Assembly: GCA_038148515.1 (NCBI GenBank)
Contig: JAYQVP010000001.1
Span: 294,102 to 358,101 of the forward strand
Origin: Poseidonia sp.
GTDB taxonomy: Archaea; Thermoplasmatota; Poseidoniia; Poseidoniales; Poseidoniaceae
DNA: 64,000 bases
Direction of reading: 5' to 3'
The notes beneath the pieces are model-generated. The model was not told the origin of the DNA. It saw only the letters and a program-made list of their open reading frames with translations, and did no database searches. Positions 36,560 to 47,157 of the stretch are shown here, piece after piece; the first letter of the stretch is position 1, and every line of letters begins with the position of its first letter. Made by a program: the position numbers and the translations under genes.

Positions 36560-37935
36560 AAGGTGGCGATTTCGCTCCACAAAGCGGCATCGACTGTGGC
36601 TCCGTTCTGTTCCGCAACCTCGATGAAACACGACACAAACTCACTCAAAAAATTACGATGATGACCCAATGCCTTGCGCTGTTTGAATTCATTGCTAAGT
36701 GCAGCAAGGATGTTCGCTATTGATCCTACATCGACCTTTTTCCAGCCTTCTTCCTCCGGTTCAAGATATGGTTTTGTCATAGAAAACCAACATTGTAAGC
36801 CCCAGAGAACAGCATAAATGTCCAAATTTGTTTGGCCTGCAACAAGATAATTATTCAAGAAGGAGAGATCAAAGATTTTTTCTTCGATGTTGTGTTTCTC
36901 AAAAAAGGCTCTATCGAAACGAACCAAGTTAAGAGGGGCTTTGTTGGAGCCGATACCATGTATTGGAGGGAACGACAACTGCGATTCGACTTGAGATTTA
37001 TTAACTGGCCGAGGGAGGAACTCGTTCGCCACAGCCTGAATGATTTCCCTGGACGATTGTCCATCCAAGGCCATTGACAAACACAACAATATGTGTTCTT
37101 TCCACACAACAGAATGGGTGTCACCCCAAGGGCCAATGACATAACCAAGATCATCGGTGTGGCCAAACCAATCAGAGAGAGACATTTCCGCAATGTTCGG
37201 CAAGAGAAAAGGCGTATGAAGACGAAGGTGATGCGTATCGTTCCAATTTTGCAACAAAATGTAATCGCAAAGAGGATTCAACGAGTCCTTCGTTACCTTT
37301 GTCACGAGCCCTTGTGATTGAAAGAAAGTTACCCATGCGTCACGGTTTTCCATGAAATTTTCTTTGTTTGAAATCGCCATTGATGGGAAAGCCTTCGTTG
37401 CAAAAACATTGGCGGTAGGATACAGGGTGATGTCGAGTTGTGGATTCATGCCGATGATCGTTGAGGGTACAGTAAGCCCGAGACTGATGGCGAAGGAGGC
37501 AAAACCTCCGCCTGACCCACCAAAAAAGACCAATCTCTTGGAAAAATGAGCCGATAACCGGTCAAGCAGTGCACACAAATCTGCCTGTAAAGAGAACCAC
37601 TTTTCGTTTCCAATATACCACGCTAAATTTACCCCGTCAATGTGAGTCGAGGGGTCGGAGATGGAGATAAGGCAGGATTGCAACGAAGCACCAATGCCTT
37701 CTCCTGAAAAAAAAGGAGGAGACTTGTTGCTTTTACTGCTGATGGCCGCATTCAAACAGATGAGAAGGCTTTGGTGAGAATCTAAAAAGCGAGTGTTGCT
37801 TATTTTCATGTACAATGTATTGGTACCGAAAACAACCTCGTAGACCCCGTCCTCAAGATTGGTTTGAAGCAACTCCTCCGGACTTCCTGAACTGACGATT
37901 GACCCCCAATCGCCCACGTCAATGCGTCCATTCAT
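36532..37935 (-). CDS. Alpha/beta-hydrolase-fold protein, possible glycan O-acetyltransferase/esterase
   Basis: ISDP...LAWYIG, FFGGSGGGFAS (GxSxG), NPQ; ATGA overlap with the giant GT. Confidence 0.55.
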   Translation of the reverse strand: MNGRIDVGDWGSIVSSGSPEELLQTNLEDGVYEVVFGTNTLYMKISNTRFLDSHQSLLICLNAAISSKSNKSPPFFSGEGIGASLQSCLISISDPSTHIDGVNLAWYIGNEKWFSLQADLCALLDRLSAHFSKRLVFFGGSGGGFASFAISLGLTVPSTIIGMNPQLDITLYPTANVFATKAFPSMAISNKENFMENRDAWVTFFQSQGLVTKVTKDSLNPLCDYILLQNWNDTHHLRLHTPFLLPNIAEMSLSDWFGHTDDLGYVIGPWGDTHSVVWKEHILLCLSMALDGQSSREIIQAVANEFLPRPVNKSQVESQLSFPPIHGIGSNKAPLNLVRFDRAFFEKHNIEEKIFDLSFLNNYLVAGQTNLDIYAVLWGLQCWFSMTKPYLEPEEEGWKKVDVGSIANILAALSNEFKQRKALGHHRNFLSEFVSCFIEVAEQNGATVDAALWSEIATFHSILSNSE

Positions 37936-40900
37936 TCCTCCACCCCCAGAGTGCTTCGAAAGGTCTGAGATACCGTCAAAATGTTGTGCTTTTCGAGTCG
38001 AGGTTTGAGTTTTGAGATTCTCTCATTGACCGTTTCAAGTTTCACTCGAAGGTCAACAGTCCATGAATCGTCATCGGGACCTTCGACAAAGAACGGCCAG
38101 TCCGAACCCAACAATTCCTCGTGCAACACGGAGCGGGTCAGGACAGGAGGCGTACCCACAAGGATGCATTCCAACACTTTCGTGGACAGTTCTCGGGTTT
38201 GGCTCTCGAAATATGCATCTCGGGCACACCACGCAAGATCGGCCAAGGCCACGTGCTTGAGCACTTCTTCGCGGGGTAGACGATGGATCCAGTCTACGTG
38301 CTCGTTGGTCTCCAGTTTTGAGATCATGCGTCGACGGAAGGTTGCATCGTCAGCTGGACCGTTGTGAATCTTATCGCCAATGACCTTGACGGCAAGCTCT
38401 GAAGAAGCAACGTCAAGCAATGGTTCAACTCCCCACAAGGGAGCCATTTTTCCAGCATAAACGATGTTTACTTTGTCATCGTGAACACCGCCGCTCAACG
38501 GTTCAGGAGCCTGGTCTGGAATCATCGGTGGAAGTTCCACAAATTGATGGTCAGGCATACCGGAAAGGTGGGCTAATTCCTTCTGAATGAGCGAGGTTTG
38601 ACAGAGGATTTTTCCACCTTGTTCACATATTGCTTGAACGAGTTGGGCGGTCGTTTCCTTGACGGTCGCCGACCCGTCATCATCGTGGCCGTAATAATCG
38701 GTCAAATAGGCCCATACCTCAATCCCATCAAGTTGTGACAAATCTTGGACGAGGTCAAAACCTCGGCTGAATACCTTGGTCTGACCGGGTAGATAGGTCG
38801 CAAGACTGTTCACCATGTTGACATAATCGTCATGAGGAAGTTTGCGCCCGAAGTCTTTGAAGCCCATTTTTGTTGGCGTAATGATGGTAACGTTGTCAAG
38901 CAGCAACAGAGGCTGGATGATGGGTGAGGATTCGGCTTCGCTGGCGATGCTGCAGACCACATGGACGCCGGTTGCGGCCAACATTTCGGCCATTGAGGCA
39001 AACCAGATTGCAGACCCATCAATCAAGTTGAGGTCCATATGAGCGGCTAAAAGAACGATTTCGTCTATGGGTTCACGTATCTGGCGAATCGCCTCGTCGG
39101 CTGCAGCGAACAACTGATTATCGTCGTGAACCAAGGTCTTAATCCACATTCGATTAGCCTCAGAACAAATCTTCGGAAGAAGATTGGAACGATGCATTTC
39201 ATGAACAAATGGAACAGAGGTATCCATGTTTTGCTTTGATTCTGCGATAACATCCCATAATTGGAGCGATATCTTTCGAAGATCGTAATTTTCCATCACA
39301 AATTGACGATTGTTCTCGCCACGTTCGTACAGTTCTCCTTTCCGAACATGAGACACATATTTTTCGGATAGGTCTGAGACAGAATCCCGAATCCAGTCTT
39401 CTTTGTGTATGTCAGAAGCCCCAGTCCATCCGAGCATCAATACATCTGTACGAGCCGCTGCCCCTTCCAAGGGAGCAAGGTGGAACGATTCAAAATCGGA
39501 AACCGATAACATCGCAGATACCGATGAAAAATAGGAAGCGATAGTCTTGGTATAGCCTTCTTGGGTCACGAGGCGGCGCTCAAACATGTTTTGATGCTCT
39601 TCAAACAAGGCAGTGTACCATTCATTATCTGCCGTTCTACGCTTCATCCAAGCAAAATCCTTTGGCAGTTTTCCTTTGAGAATCAATTTGATGGGATTTA
39701 TTTCTTGATTTATACCATTGAGTATAGATAGAGCAAAATCGAATCTCTTTCGCTGAGGAGTGATACCAATCAGTCCAATCGCTGCAGCATCTTGTCGCTC
39801 TACATCCAGCTCTAAACAATCAACTGCATTGGCGACGACAATTTTTTGAACGGGATCAACGATTCTGGGGTCGTCTTCCATTGTGTGGTTTGAAACAAAT
39901 ATCATGTTGTCGTCTTCACGGAGGGCTGCATCCAGTAGATATTCGGTATTACGCTCTTGGAGATGATAACGCATTGAAAGCGAACGTTCACCTCTCAATC
40001 CTGAAATCTTGGTGACATTGCCCAAAGCCCACTCGCAGAACAAGACATCGTGTGTGCTCATGAGGTGCATGAGCTCTTGGTCGTCAATATCCAAAGCCCC
40101 CGAATGTGTTTTCGACTTGAGCAAGGTCACGGCAATACCCCACGAACGCCAAGTGTTCGCAATGGGTGTAATGAACTTCAAGTCGTGGCCCACAATCAAT
40201 ACACGTTGGTTGATGGGGAGAACGGAGAGACGGTCAGCCTCGCTCGGTTCATTGAATTCGCTTACCCCTTCGGTGACCAACGTGTTGAGGCAATGGTCGA
40301 GACCGGTGTGTTCATTCATGCTTGGAGTATAAGCGATGGCGCGATTCGTCAGAGGTGTCGTACTGCGATGCACGATGATGCCGTTCACCAACAAGGCATT
40401 GATGGCAAGCAACCACTCATCGGTTTGCTCAATGGTCGCCGGTAGCGTGACCCATGCCGGTTTAACTCGTTGACACAAGACTTGACTGACAAATTGGCTT
40501 GTGTCGATGGGATCGTCTCCAGAGACATGCAACTCGTATCGCATGGGATCGAGCCTTTGGAGGTGAGAGCGGTCGTAAGCGGATTCTACAAGTCGAACCC
40601 ACGGATGAAGTTTCAAGATTCGACGGCGCCAATTCTCCTTGCGTTGATGGTCGTGGGTTTCTTCTCGCCGAAGGACGGTTTCTACGATGCTGTTGAAATG
40701 TTCGCTTTCAGCCAAAATGCCAACATAGCCCCGAAGATGGGCTGTTCGTTCCGCTAGCAGAATTGACCCGTGCCCTACGGCATGGTGCAGTTCTGATTCC
40801 GTCGTCAAAGCGTCACAGAGGAAGACGGTTGAGGTCGCTTGAGAAAGGTCGTGTTGCTTGGGCACGCCCAGCACACCAACGCATGAATGGTCTTCACGCA

Positions 40901-43310
40901 GAGTGAGTTCGCCATAGGTGGGTACCGTAGACACCCATGGATGGAAGTGAAGTTCCTCGGGTTGAACCGATAATTTCGGTGTCAACTCAATGGCGCCTGA
41001 GGTCAACTGCCAACCGTCGGCAAGGGAAACAGGAGAGTCCAACCAAGAAGGAGCGCCGGTGGGTGCGAATATCTCCAAACGGTTCAACTCCATCGGCATG
41101 CCGGTTAATCGTCCGTTGTTGACGGTAGAGGGTAACACGTCCAATTCCCATTCAAGCAATCCCTCGGACGTGAGGCAGTGAGTGTACACGCTTGCGATGA
41201 CCGAAGCCATTGTGTTCCAAGAACGCCGCTCCTCAACCCATGAACGACCAGCCTCGGACAATTCACGAAGGAGGGAGGGGTTCTCGATCAGCACCCTCAA
41301 CTTTTCAGACAAATCTTGAGCGTTCTCCTTCTCAAACAACAATCCGTTTTTGTTAGCGATCACGTGTTCAGCGATGGCGCGAACGTTGCTGGCCAACACG
41401 ACGGACCCCATGGCCATCGCTTCTAGGGGTTTGAGTGGGGAAATCATCTCGCATACTTCAGCCGATATTCGAGGGAACGGCGCGATGTCGATGAGCGAAT
41501 AATAATCGTTGACTTCGTCCATCGGCACCTTGCCAGTAAACTGGACCATGTGCGAGAGTCCTAATTCTTGAACCTGAAGTTCAAGCGACGCGCGCATCGC
41601 ACCATCGCCGACGATGAGAACCGCCAAGTTGTTCCGAAGCAATTGTGGAAGCATAGCCACCGCCTCCAATAAAAAATTCAATCCTTCATAATGCAGGAGA
41701 GAGCCAACATAACCAACAACCACCTTGCCGTTCAGCATCAATGAACGTTCAAGCAGCTCATTTCTTGGTTGAACCGTGAATTGCTCTGCATCCACACAGT
41801 TCGGGGCGAGGCTGATTTTTTCCTCAGGGATGCCCCAATCGATCAGTTGCGCACGCAAGCCATCAGTAATAGCAATGACATGGTCTGCCGCGTTGGCGAC
41901 ATGACGCTCAAGCGCCATCTCCAATTGAAAACGGTCGCTTTGTCGGTATTCCTCGTCTTTCGCCGCCCTGCTTAACGCCCACAAACCACGCATTTCGTAG
42001 ACGAACGGAATGTTGAGGGCACGAGCCACCATGGCCGCAGGGAATCCCACCGAGTGGTTGGAAGCAGCGTGAATGGTTTGTGGACGTAGTTCCATCGCTG
42101 TACGAAGCAAGGAATATGCAGACCTCACCGCATAATCTTCCATGGCGTATGTCCCGAATGCGTCTTCGGCAGGGTCGTGGAGATAGGTAACGCCATCGAG
42201 CACCGTGTTCACAATGTCTTCGGGTTTGAGTTCGACCTCCTTTCGGTCGCAGGGATAGCCCCATCGAGTTCGTACATGCAAATCAACGCCTTGTTCAAGC
42301 AAAGATTTGCAGATGTGGTGGGTGCGCGTACAGTATCCTGCCGTGGTGTAATCGATGCTGGCGTGAATGTGGTAGAGGACCCTCCCTTGAACGGGCTGAT
42401 AGTTTTTCACCGGTTTGAGTACATTGAGATCGTAACCGTTCAAACGCCAGTTCAACCGTTCTTGAATGGAATTTCGCAGACGTTGACTCGTCTGATCAGT
42501 GGAGGATGAAAGGAGAGAGATGGCTTCTTCAGAACGATGCGTTCGTTCAAGTTCAACGGCTAAACGGCGCTGAAGGCGCGCATCCAATGCCAAATCAGCG
42601 ACGGAGGAGCCAAAATGAAGTGCATGCTCAAGGCTGCACTCAAGAAGGAGGGTTCCCGCTTGGAAAACGATCTCCCTTTTTCGGCGAACATCCATCTTTT
42701 TTGAGGTAAGAAGGTCGGTGACATCGTTGATGAAAGTTGACTGATAGTGGCCTGCGAGATGTCGGGTCAAACGGGGACCGATGCGGTCAATATCGACCGT
42801 TTTCAAATCAAAATCAAGTGATTGATCATCATCAATACTTGGCGTTTTCTGCTGAGGAACAGAAGTTGATTGAGGGGTCATAAAGTCGAAAATTTTGCGT
42901 CGCTTGGCGCGTTTTTTCAACACAAAATCAGGGGCTCCAAGAAGCGTTTCTCCGAATTCTGGCTGCCCGATACGGTTGAAATAGGTATGAAGAGAACGCA
43001 TCGCTCGTTGATCGTCCAACAACTCGGGCATGGCTGCCAGGCATTGAAAAACATACGCTGCATCAACAGTACAATAGGCACGCAGCGTTGCCAATCTGAT
43101 GTCTTTGCCCACGATTTCATCAACTTCATCAGCCAGACGAGCGGAATCAGAGTGCACGTGCAGTGTATGCAAGTCAAGGGTTTGGCGCAATGAAAATTCA
43201 TCCTTCAGGTCTGTAGGCCTGTCCAAACAGTGCAGAGCAATCTGGATGACGGGGTTGTCAATCTCCTTCAGCCGACGAATCCGTCGATTTCTTCGATACC
43301 GTTTGAGCAT
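37932..43310 (-). CDS. Giant multi-domain glycosyltransferase (about three GT-B modules); probable polysaccharide polymerase
   Basis: Module 1: GY..RT, YEMRGLW, PLKPLEAMA.G. Module 2: IVGHDLKF, EWALGN, ESFHLAPLEG. Module 3: DLNLIDGSAIW, YAGK, RELSTKVLE. Confidence 0.85.
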   Translation of the reverse strand: MLKRYRRNRRIRRLKEIDNPVIQIALHCLDRPTDLKDEFSLRQTLDLHTLHVHSDSARLADEVDEIVGKDIRLATLRAYCTVDAAYVFQCLAAMPELLDDQRAMRSLHTYFNRIGQPEFGETLLGAPDFVLKKRAKRRKIFDFMTPQSTSVPQQKTPSIDDDQSLDFDLKTVDIDRIGPRLTRHLAGHYQSTFINDVTDLLTSKKMDVRRKREIVFQAGTLLLECSLEHALHFGSSVADLALDARLQRRLAVELERTHRSEEAISLLSSSTDQTSQRLRNSIQERLNWRLNGYDLNVLKPVKNYQPVQGRVLYHIHASIDYTTAGYCTRTHHICKSLLEQGVDLHVRTRWGYPCDRKEVELKPEDIVNTVLDGVTYLHDPAEDAFGTYAMEDYAVRSAYSLLRTAMELRPQTIHAASNHSVGFPAAMVARALNIPFVYEMRGLWALSRAAKDEEYRQSDRFQLEMALERHVANAADHVIAITDGLRAQLIDWGIPEEKISLAPNCVDAEQFTVQPRNELLERSLMLNGKVVVGYVGSLLHYEGLNFLLEAVAMLPQLLRNNLAVLIVGDGAMRASLELQVQELGLSHMVQFTGKVPMDEVNDYYSLIDIAPFPRISAEVCEMISPLKPLEAMAMGSVVLASNVRAIAEHVIANKNGLLFEKENAQDLSEKLRVLIENPSLLRELSEAGRSWVEERRSWNTMASVIASVYTHCLTSEGLLEWELDVLPSTVNNGRLTGMPMELNRLEIFAPTGAPSWLDSPVSLADGWQLTSGAIELTPKLSVQPEELHFHPWVSTVPTYGELTLREDHSCVGVLGVPKQHDLSQATSTVFLCDALTTESELHHAVGHGSILLAERTAHLRGYVGILAESEHFNSIVETVLRREETHDHQRKENWRRRILKLHPWVRLVESAYDRSHLQRLDPMRYELHVSGDDPIDTSQFVSQVLCQRVKPAWVTLPATIEQTDEWLLAINALLVNGIIVHRSTTPLTNRAIAYTPSMNEHTGLDHCLNTLVTEGVSEFNEPSEADRLSVLPINQRVLIVGHDLKFITPIANTWRSWGIAVTLLKSKTHSGALDIDDQELMHLMSTHDVLFCEWALGNVTKISGLRGERSLSMRYHLQERNTEYLLDAALREDDNMIFVSNHTMEDDPRIVDPVQKIVVANAVDCLELDVERQDAAAIGLIGITPQRKRFDFALSILNGINQEINPIKLILKGKLPKDFAWMKRRTADNEWYTALFEEHQNMFERRLVTQEGYTKTIASYFSSVSAMLSVSDFESFHLAPLEGAAARTDVLMLGWTGASDIHKEDWIRDSVSDLSEKYVSHVRKGELYERGENNRQFVMENYDLRKISLQLWDVIAESKQNMDTSVPFVHEMHRSNLLPKICSEANRMWIKTLVHDDNQLFAAADEAIRQIREPIDEIVLLAAHMDLNLIDGSAIWFASMAEMLAATGVHVVCSIASEAESSPIIQPLLLLDNVTIITPTKMGFKDFGRKLPHDDYVNMVNSLATYLPGQTKVFSRGFDLVQDLSQLDGIEVWAYLTDYYGHDDDGSATVKETTAQLVQAICEQGGKILCQTSLIQKELAHLSGMPDHQFVELPPMIPDQAPEPLSGGVHDDKVNIVYAGKMAPLWGVEPLLDVASSELAVKVIGDKIHNGPADDATFRRRMISKLETNEHVDWIHRLPREEVLKHVALADLAWCARDAYFESQTRELSTKVLECILVGTPPVLTRSVLHEELLGSDWPFFVEGPDDDSWTVDLRVKLETVNERISKLKPRLEKHNILTVSQTFRSTLGVEE

Positions 43311-43319
43311 CTTTTGACC

Positions 43320-44402
43320 TCACAACAGTTGTTTCAAAGATTCAATACACCGAATCGCCGCTTGTCCATCCCACATATCAATAGAAGGGCGAGTGGTGGA
43401 TTGAGAGGCGAACAAGACTGACTTCGGTCCAATCTCTTCGGGGACAATCAATTGATTCGTTCCTTCGCTGATGGTGATCGGCCGTTCGGTGTTGGGTCGC
43501 ACTGTTAGACATGGTAAACCAAGGTAGGTTGTTTCTTCTTGAATTCCGCCGCTGTCCGTGATGACGCCGTTCGAGGATGCGACCAAACTCATGAACTCAA
43601 CATAGCCAAGGGGTGGGACGCAACGAATGTTCTCATGTTCTATGTAGGCTTCAAGGCCAAACGATTCTATCCGAGCCTTCGTTCGAGGATGCATCGGCCA
43701 AATGAGTGTATAAGTAGTGGCAAGTTCGTTGAGTTGTGCCAAAATGAGAGCGAGAATCGCTTCATCATCGACATTTGATGGTCGGTGCAAAGTAACAACA
43801 AGATGCGAGTGAGATATACCCAATTCTTCCTTCATGTTGCGGGCTCTGAAAAGAGGTTCCATTTCGACAAGAGTGTCGATCATAATGTTGCCCACTCGAA
43901 CAATTTTTCTCGCATCAATGCCTTCTTTCATCAAATTTTCATCGCCATCGGGCGATGGCGTCCACAACAAATCGCATAGATGGTCAGTGACAATTCGATT
44001 CAATTCCTCGGGCATTCCTCGATCGTTACTGCGCAAACCCGCCTCTAGATGCACCGTTGGAATGCCGAGCTTTGTTGCTGCCAGCGAACACGCAACAGTG
44101 CTGTTCACATCGCCAATCACGATGACACAATCTGGTTCACGCTCAAGCAACACGGCTTCGTATCGCTCGAGAATGTTTGCGGTTTGCTTACCATGGCTGG
44201 CGCTTCCGACGTTCAACGATATGTCGGGATGGCCCATGCCAAACTGTTCAAAGAAAATGCCCGCCATTTCGTGGTCATAATGTTGGCCTGTGTCCACGAG
44301 ATAGGGTGTGAATTCGTCGGACGAACGGAGAACACGAAGAAGCGGAGCCGCTTTCATTTGGTTTGGCCGGGCGCCAACAACAACATGAACCTCCTTACTC
44401 AT
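43320..44402 (-). CDS. wecB: UDP-N-acetylglucosamine 2-epimerase (non-hydrolysing)
   Basis: GARPN.MK, TGQHYD, GDVNST, HLEAGLRS, MPEELNR, TLHRPSNVD, TDSGGIQEE, TERP. Confidence 0.95.
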   Translation of the reverse strand: MSKEVHVVVGARPNQMKAAPLLRVLRSSDEFTPYLVDTGQHYDHEMAGIFFEQFGMGHPDISLNVGSASHGKQTANILERYEAVLLEREPDCVIVIGDVNSTVACSLAATKLGIPTVHLEAGLRSNDRGMPEELNRIVTDHLCDLLWTPSPDGDENLMKEGIDARKIVRVGNIMIDTLVEMEPLFRARNMKEELGISHSHLVVTLHRPSNVDDEAILALILAQLNELATTYTLIWPMHPRTKARIESFGLEAYIEHENIRCVPPLGYVEFMSLVASSNGVITDSGGIQEETTYLGLPCLTVRPNTERPITISEGTNQLIVPEEIGPKSVLFASQSTTRPSIDMWDGQAAIRCIESLKQLL

Positions 44403-44496
44403 GATTTGCGCTGTATCAACAGGCATTTCATTTCATCGCCAAAAACCAAGCGAATCGATTCGTATAGACTAAACCCAAAGCCTCCTTGGAAGAGGC

Positions 44497-45780
44497 ATGG
44501 AGGTCCGTATCGAGGTTGAACAATCAAGGATTGTTCTGTCCCTATCTGCTTCGAAAGAAGAGCGAGATTCGGTTTACGGAGAGAAAATGGCTGAAACACT
44601 TGATTTTTCAATCGCCTCCAACGGGCCGATTGATCTTCGAACGGTTCACGATGATCACCTCGCTCTCATCGTTCTGTTAGCGGTTCATCCTTTTGCCATC
44701 GGAAAACTACCCATACCTCTTCATGTCTCCAAACAGTTTGAGGAAGCAACCCAAATTTTTTCTCGGTATCGTCCTGAGTTTCTGTCCACTTCAGGAAGAC
44801 CGTACACCTCAAAATCTGATGGAAAACCAGGTCTAGCATTTTCAGGAGGCATGGACTCCACAGCGGCCCTTCTACTGATGCCAAACAACACCGTTCCGGT
44901 CTTTCTTGACCGACCTCATCGAGCAAACACGACGCTTTACAATAAATCCGCAGCCAAAGCCACAATGGCGTTTCTCGAAGCAAAGGGAATTCCAAATATC
45001 GCCATCAGCACTGATGTAGAGTTCATTCGAAACCCTGTAGGATTCCCGACTGATTTAGCAACGGGCATTCCAGTCCTTGCGTTGGCATCTCATTTCCAAT
45101 TTGATTCAATCGGGTTTGGAACGGTCATGGAATCGGCATATCGAATCGGGCATGAAAAATCTCGGAATTACGTTGAATCGCCCCACTACAAGGTTTGGGC
45201 GCCGTTGTTTTCTGCCGCAGGATTGCCTCTGTTTTTGCCCGTTGCAGGCGTCAGCGAAGTCGGAACGAGCACCATCGTCCATCGATCGCCCTTTCGGGGG
45301 ATGGCGCGATCGTGCATTCGCGGAAATTGGCCTCAAACATGCAACAACTGTTGGAAATGTTTCAGAAAACAATTGATTGAACATGGCATCAATCAAACAG
45401 AATTTAACGACAACCAATTCCTCTCATCGCTTCAATCAAAAGAAGTCGTTAGCAAACTCTCTGCGGAATTCATCTCTCACGAAAATGTGTTGGGTTGGGC
45501 ATTGAATAAAATTCAACGTGGTCCGAAACTCGATGTGTTGTTCAACCGATTGGTTGCTTCAACCTACTCGTTGAATCATCTTGATTCGTTTTACCCACCG
45601 GCGATTGACCTCGTCCCACCAAAATATCGTTTGCATGTCCTCGAACAACTGAGGAGTTACCTTCCAGAAATGCAAGAGGCGGACCAAGAACGAATGATTG
45701 AACAAGATTTCGCAGACCTACTCAAGTCAGAGCAACACCAAGAAAAAGTGCGGGCGTTGATGGCCATGCTCAACGTTTAA
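44497..45780 (+). CDS. PP-loop (QueC-like) adenine-nucleotide alpha-hydrolase; probably DUF6395
   Basis: LAFSGGMDSTAA, SEVGT, SC, CNNCWKCFRK. The DUF label is recalled, not searched. Confidence 0.6.
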   Translation: MEVRIEVEQSRIVLSLSASKEERDSVYGEKMAETLDFSIASNGPIDLRTVHDDHLALIVLLAVHPFAIGKLPIPLHVSKQFEEATQIFSRYRPEFLSTSGRPYTSKSDGKPGLAFSGGMDSTAALLLMPNNTVPVFLDRPHRANTTLYNKSAAKATMAFLEAKGIPNIAISTDVEFIRNPVGFPTDLATGIPVLALASHFQFDSIGFGTVMESAYRIGHEKSRNYVESPHYKVWAPLFSAAGLPLFLPVAGVSEVGTSTIVHRSPFRGMARSCIRGNWPQTCNNCWKCFRKQLIEHGINQTEFNDNQFLSSLQSKEVVSKLSAEFISHENVLGWALNKIQRGPKLDVLFNRLVASTYSLNHLDSFYPPAIDLVPPKYRLHVLEQLRSYLPEMQEADQERMIEQDFADLLKSEQHQEKVRALMAMLNV

Positions 45781-47089
45781 GCAGGCGCTCAACAACCGAA
45801 ATAGCTCCGTTGGCTTGAGCGTCGTTCATCGGTGCATGTGGCAGGTTGAGCAACTTCTCGATTCCTTTGCCAAGTGTCGCTTCTTCCGGCTTCATGACAA
45901 CCAACCCCCACCCCTCTTCTTCGGCCTGCTTGCATCGCTTCACCTGGTCGTCCATGCCCGTGTCGGTGTTGGGGATGAACAGGGTCGGCACACCAAAGGT
46001 GCGCATTTCCTGATACGAGTTGTAGCCCCCGGCTTGAACCGCTGCATCAAAGCCCTTGATGTAGAGGGAATTGGGGTAATCACGAATCACCCGCAGGCGC
46101 TCGTGGTGCACGTCAAGACGCTCGCCCAGCATCGATTCGCCGAGCACCACGTGAACGTGTTCGTGAGCGAACAGCGCATCGAGGACGCGGTTGAGCACGC
46201 CTTCAATGTCGTTGATGCGTCCTGCGCCCAGTTGAACGTAGACCACCTTGGCGTCCTCGGGCACGGCCAATCGGGAACGGGCGTAGGCTCGGTCCCACAC
46301 CTCCTCGGGATCCATGACGCGAATGGGCGGCACGACGTGTTCGCGTTCGGTCTCCTCGCCCGAAGCTTCGCCGGGAACGATGAAGCCGTCAAAGAAGTCG
46401 AAACTGTCCACTGGCACGGAGGTGTTGGTTTTCATCGAACCTCGCCGCATCCACCACTTTTCCATGCCCCGCTGGGAAGCGATAGCGTTGAGCATGCCTC
46501 GGTACGGATAGGCGCCGTCAAACATGAACCACTTGGGCCGGTGCTGGTCGAAGACCAAGTGAAGCATGTCCTCCACCAGTCCGTTCCACTGCGTCGCTGA
46601 CATGTTAGCGTGTTTGTAGCGGCCCGCCAGATGGTACGTGGGGAATTGGTCGCTGTAGAGCACGTGGAGTGTCGGCATTGGGGTGAAGAAGACGATTTCG
46701 AGGCTTGGGTCCGCTTTGCGCAAGGCGCGAGCGACGGCGTACATGCGGGTGAAGTGACCAAAGCCCACGCCGTTGGTTGGGAAGAGAACGATGCAGTGGT
46801 TTCGGTCCGTTTCGTCGGAGGAGTGGATACCGTCGGTTAACGCCACGGGGCGCTTGCCCAAGCGCTGGAGACCAAGACGGAACGCGTGGAGGGGGAAGGT
46901 GAGGGGCAGAAAGGGCAGGCGCCACGGTTGACGAACGGCGTTGGTAAGGTGAAGACCCAACTGAAACGACACGCTGTTGCGAAGACGACGGATTTCACGT
47001 TCGTTGCGAGCGTTTCTCACGCGGAGTCGCTCGTTGGCCGAACCTACAGGGTCATTGAGGTCGCCGTCGTGGTGCGCCCCATCATCCAT
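45770..47089 (-). CDS. GT-B glycosyltransferase (GT28/SpsG-like) with N-terminal coiled-coil/amphipathic segment
   Basis: NGVGFGHFTR, FDGAYPYRG, QLGAG, AGGYNSYQE, PTLFIPN, DDQ..R. Confidence 0.75.
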   Translation of the reverse strand: MDDGAHHDGDLNDPVGSANERLRVRNARNEREIRRLRNSVSFQLGLHLTNAVRQPWRLPFLPLTFPLHAFRLGLQRLGKRPVALTDGIHSSDETDRNHCIVLFPTNGVGFGHFTRMYAVARALRKADPSLEIVFFTPMPTLHVLYSDQFPTYHLAGRYKHANMSATQWNGLVEDMLHLVFDQHRPKWFMFDGAYPYRGMLNAIASQRGMEKWWMRRGSMKTNTSVPVDSFDFFDGFIVPGEASGEETEREHVVPPIRVMDPEEVWDRAYARSRLAVPEDAKVVYVQLGAGRINDIEGVLNRVLDALFAHEHVHVVLGESMLGERLDVHHERLRVIRDYPNSLYIKGFDAAVQAGGYNSYQEMRTFGVPTLFIPNTDTGMDDQVKRCKQAEEEGWGLVVMKPEEATLGKGIEKLLNLPHAPMNDAQANGAISVVERLLKR

Positions 47090-47157
47090 GCTCTGGCCTT
47101 GGAGGCGGACTTCTTCATGCTTCCTCGTCGTGCTCGCTCTCGGTCGGGATTTGCTGG

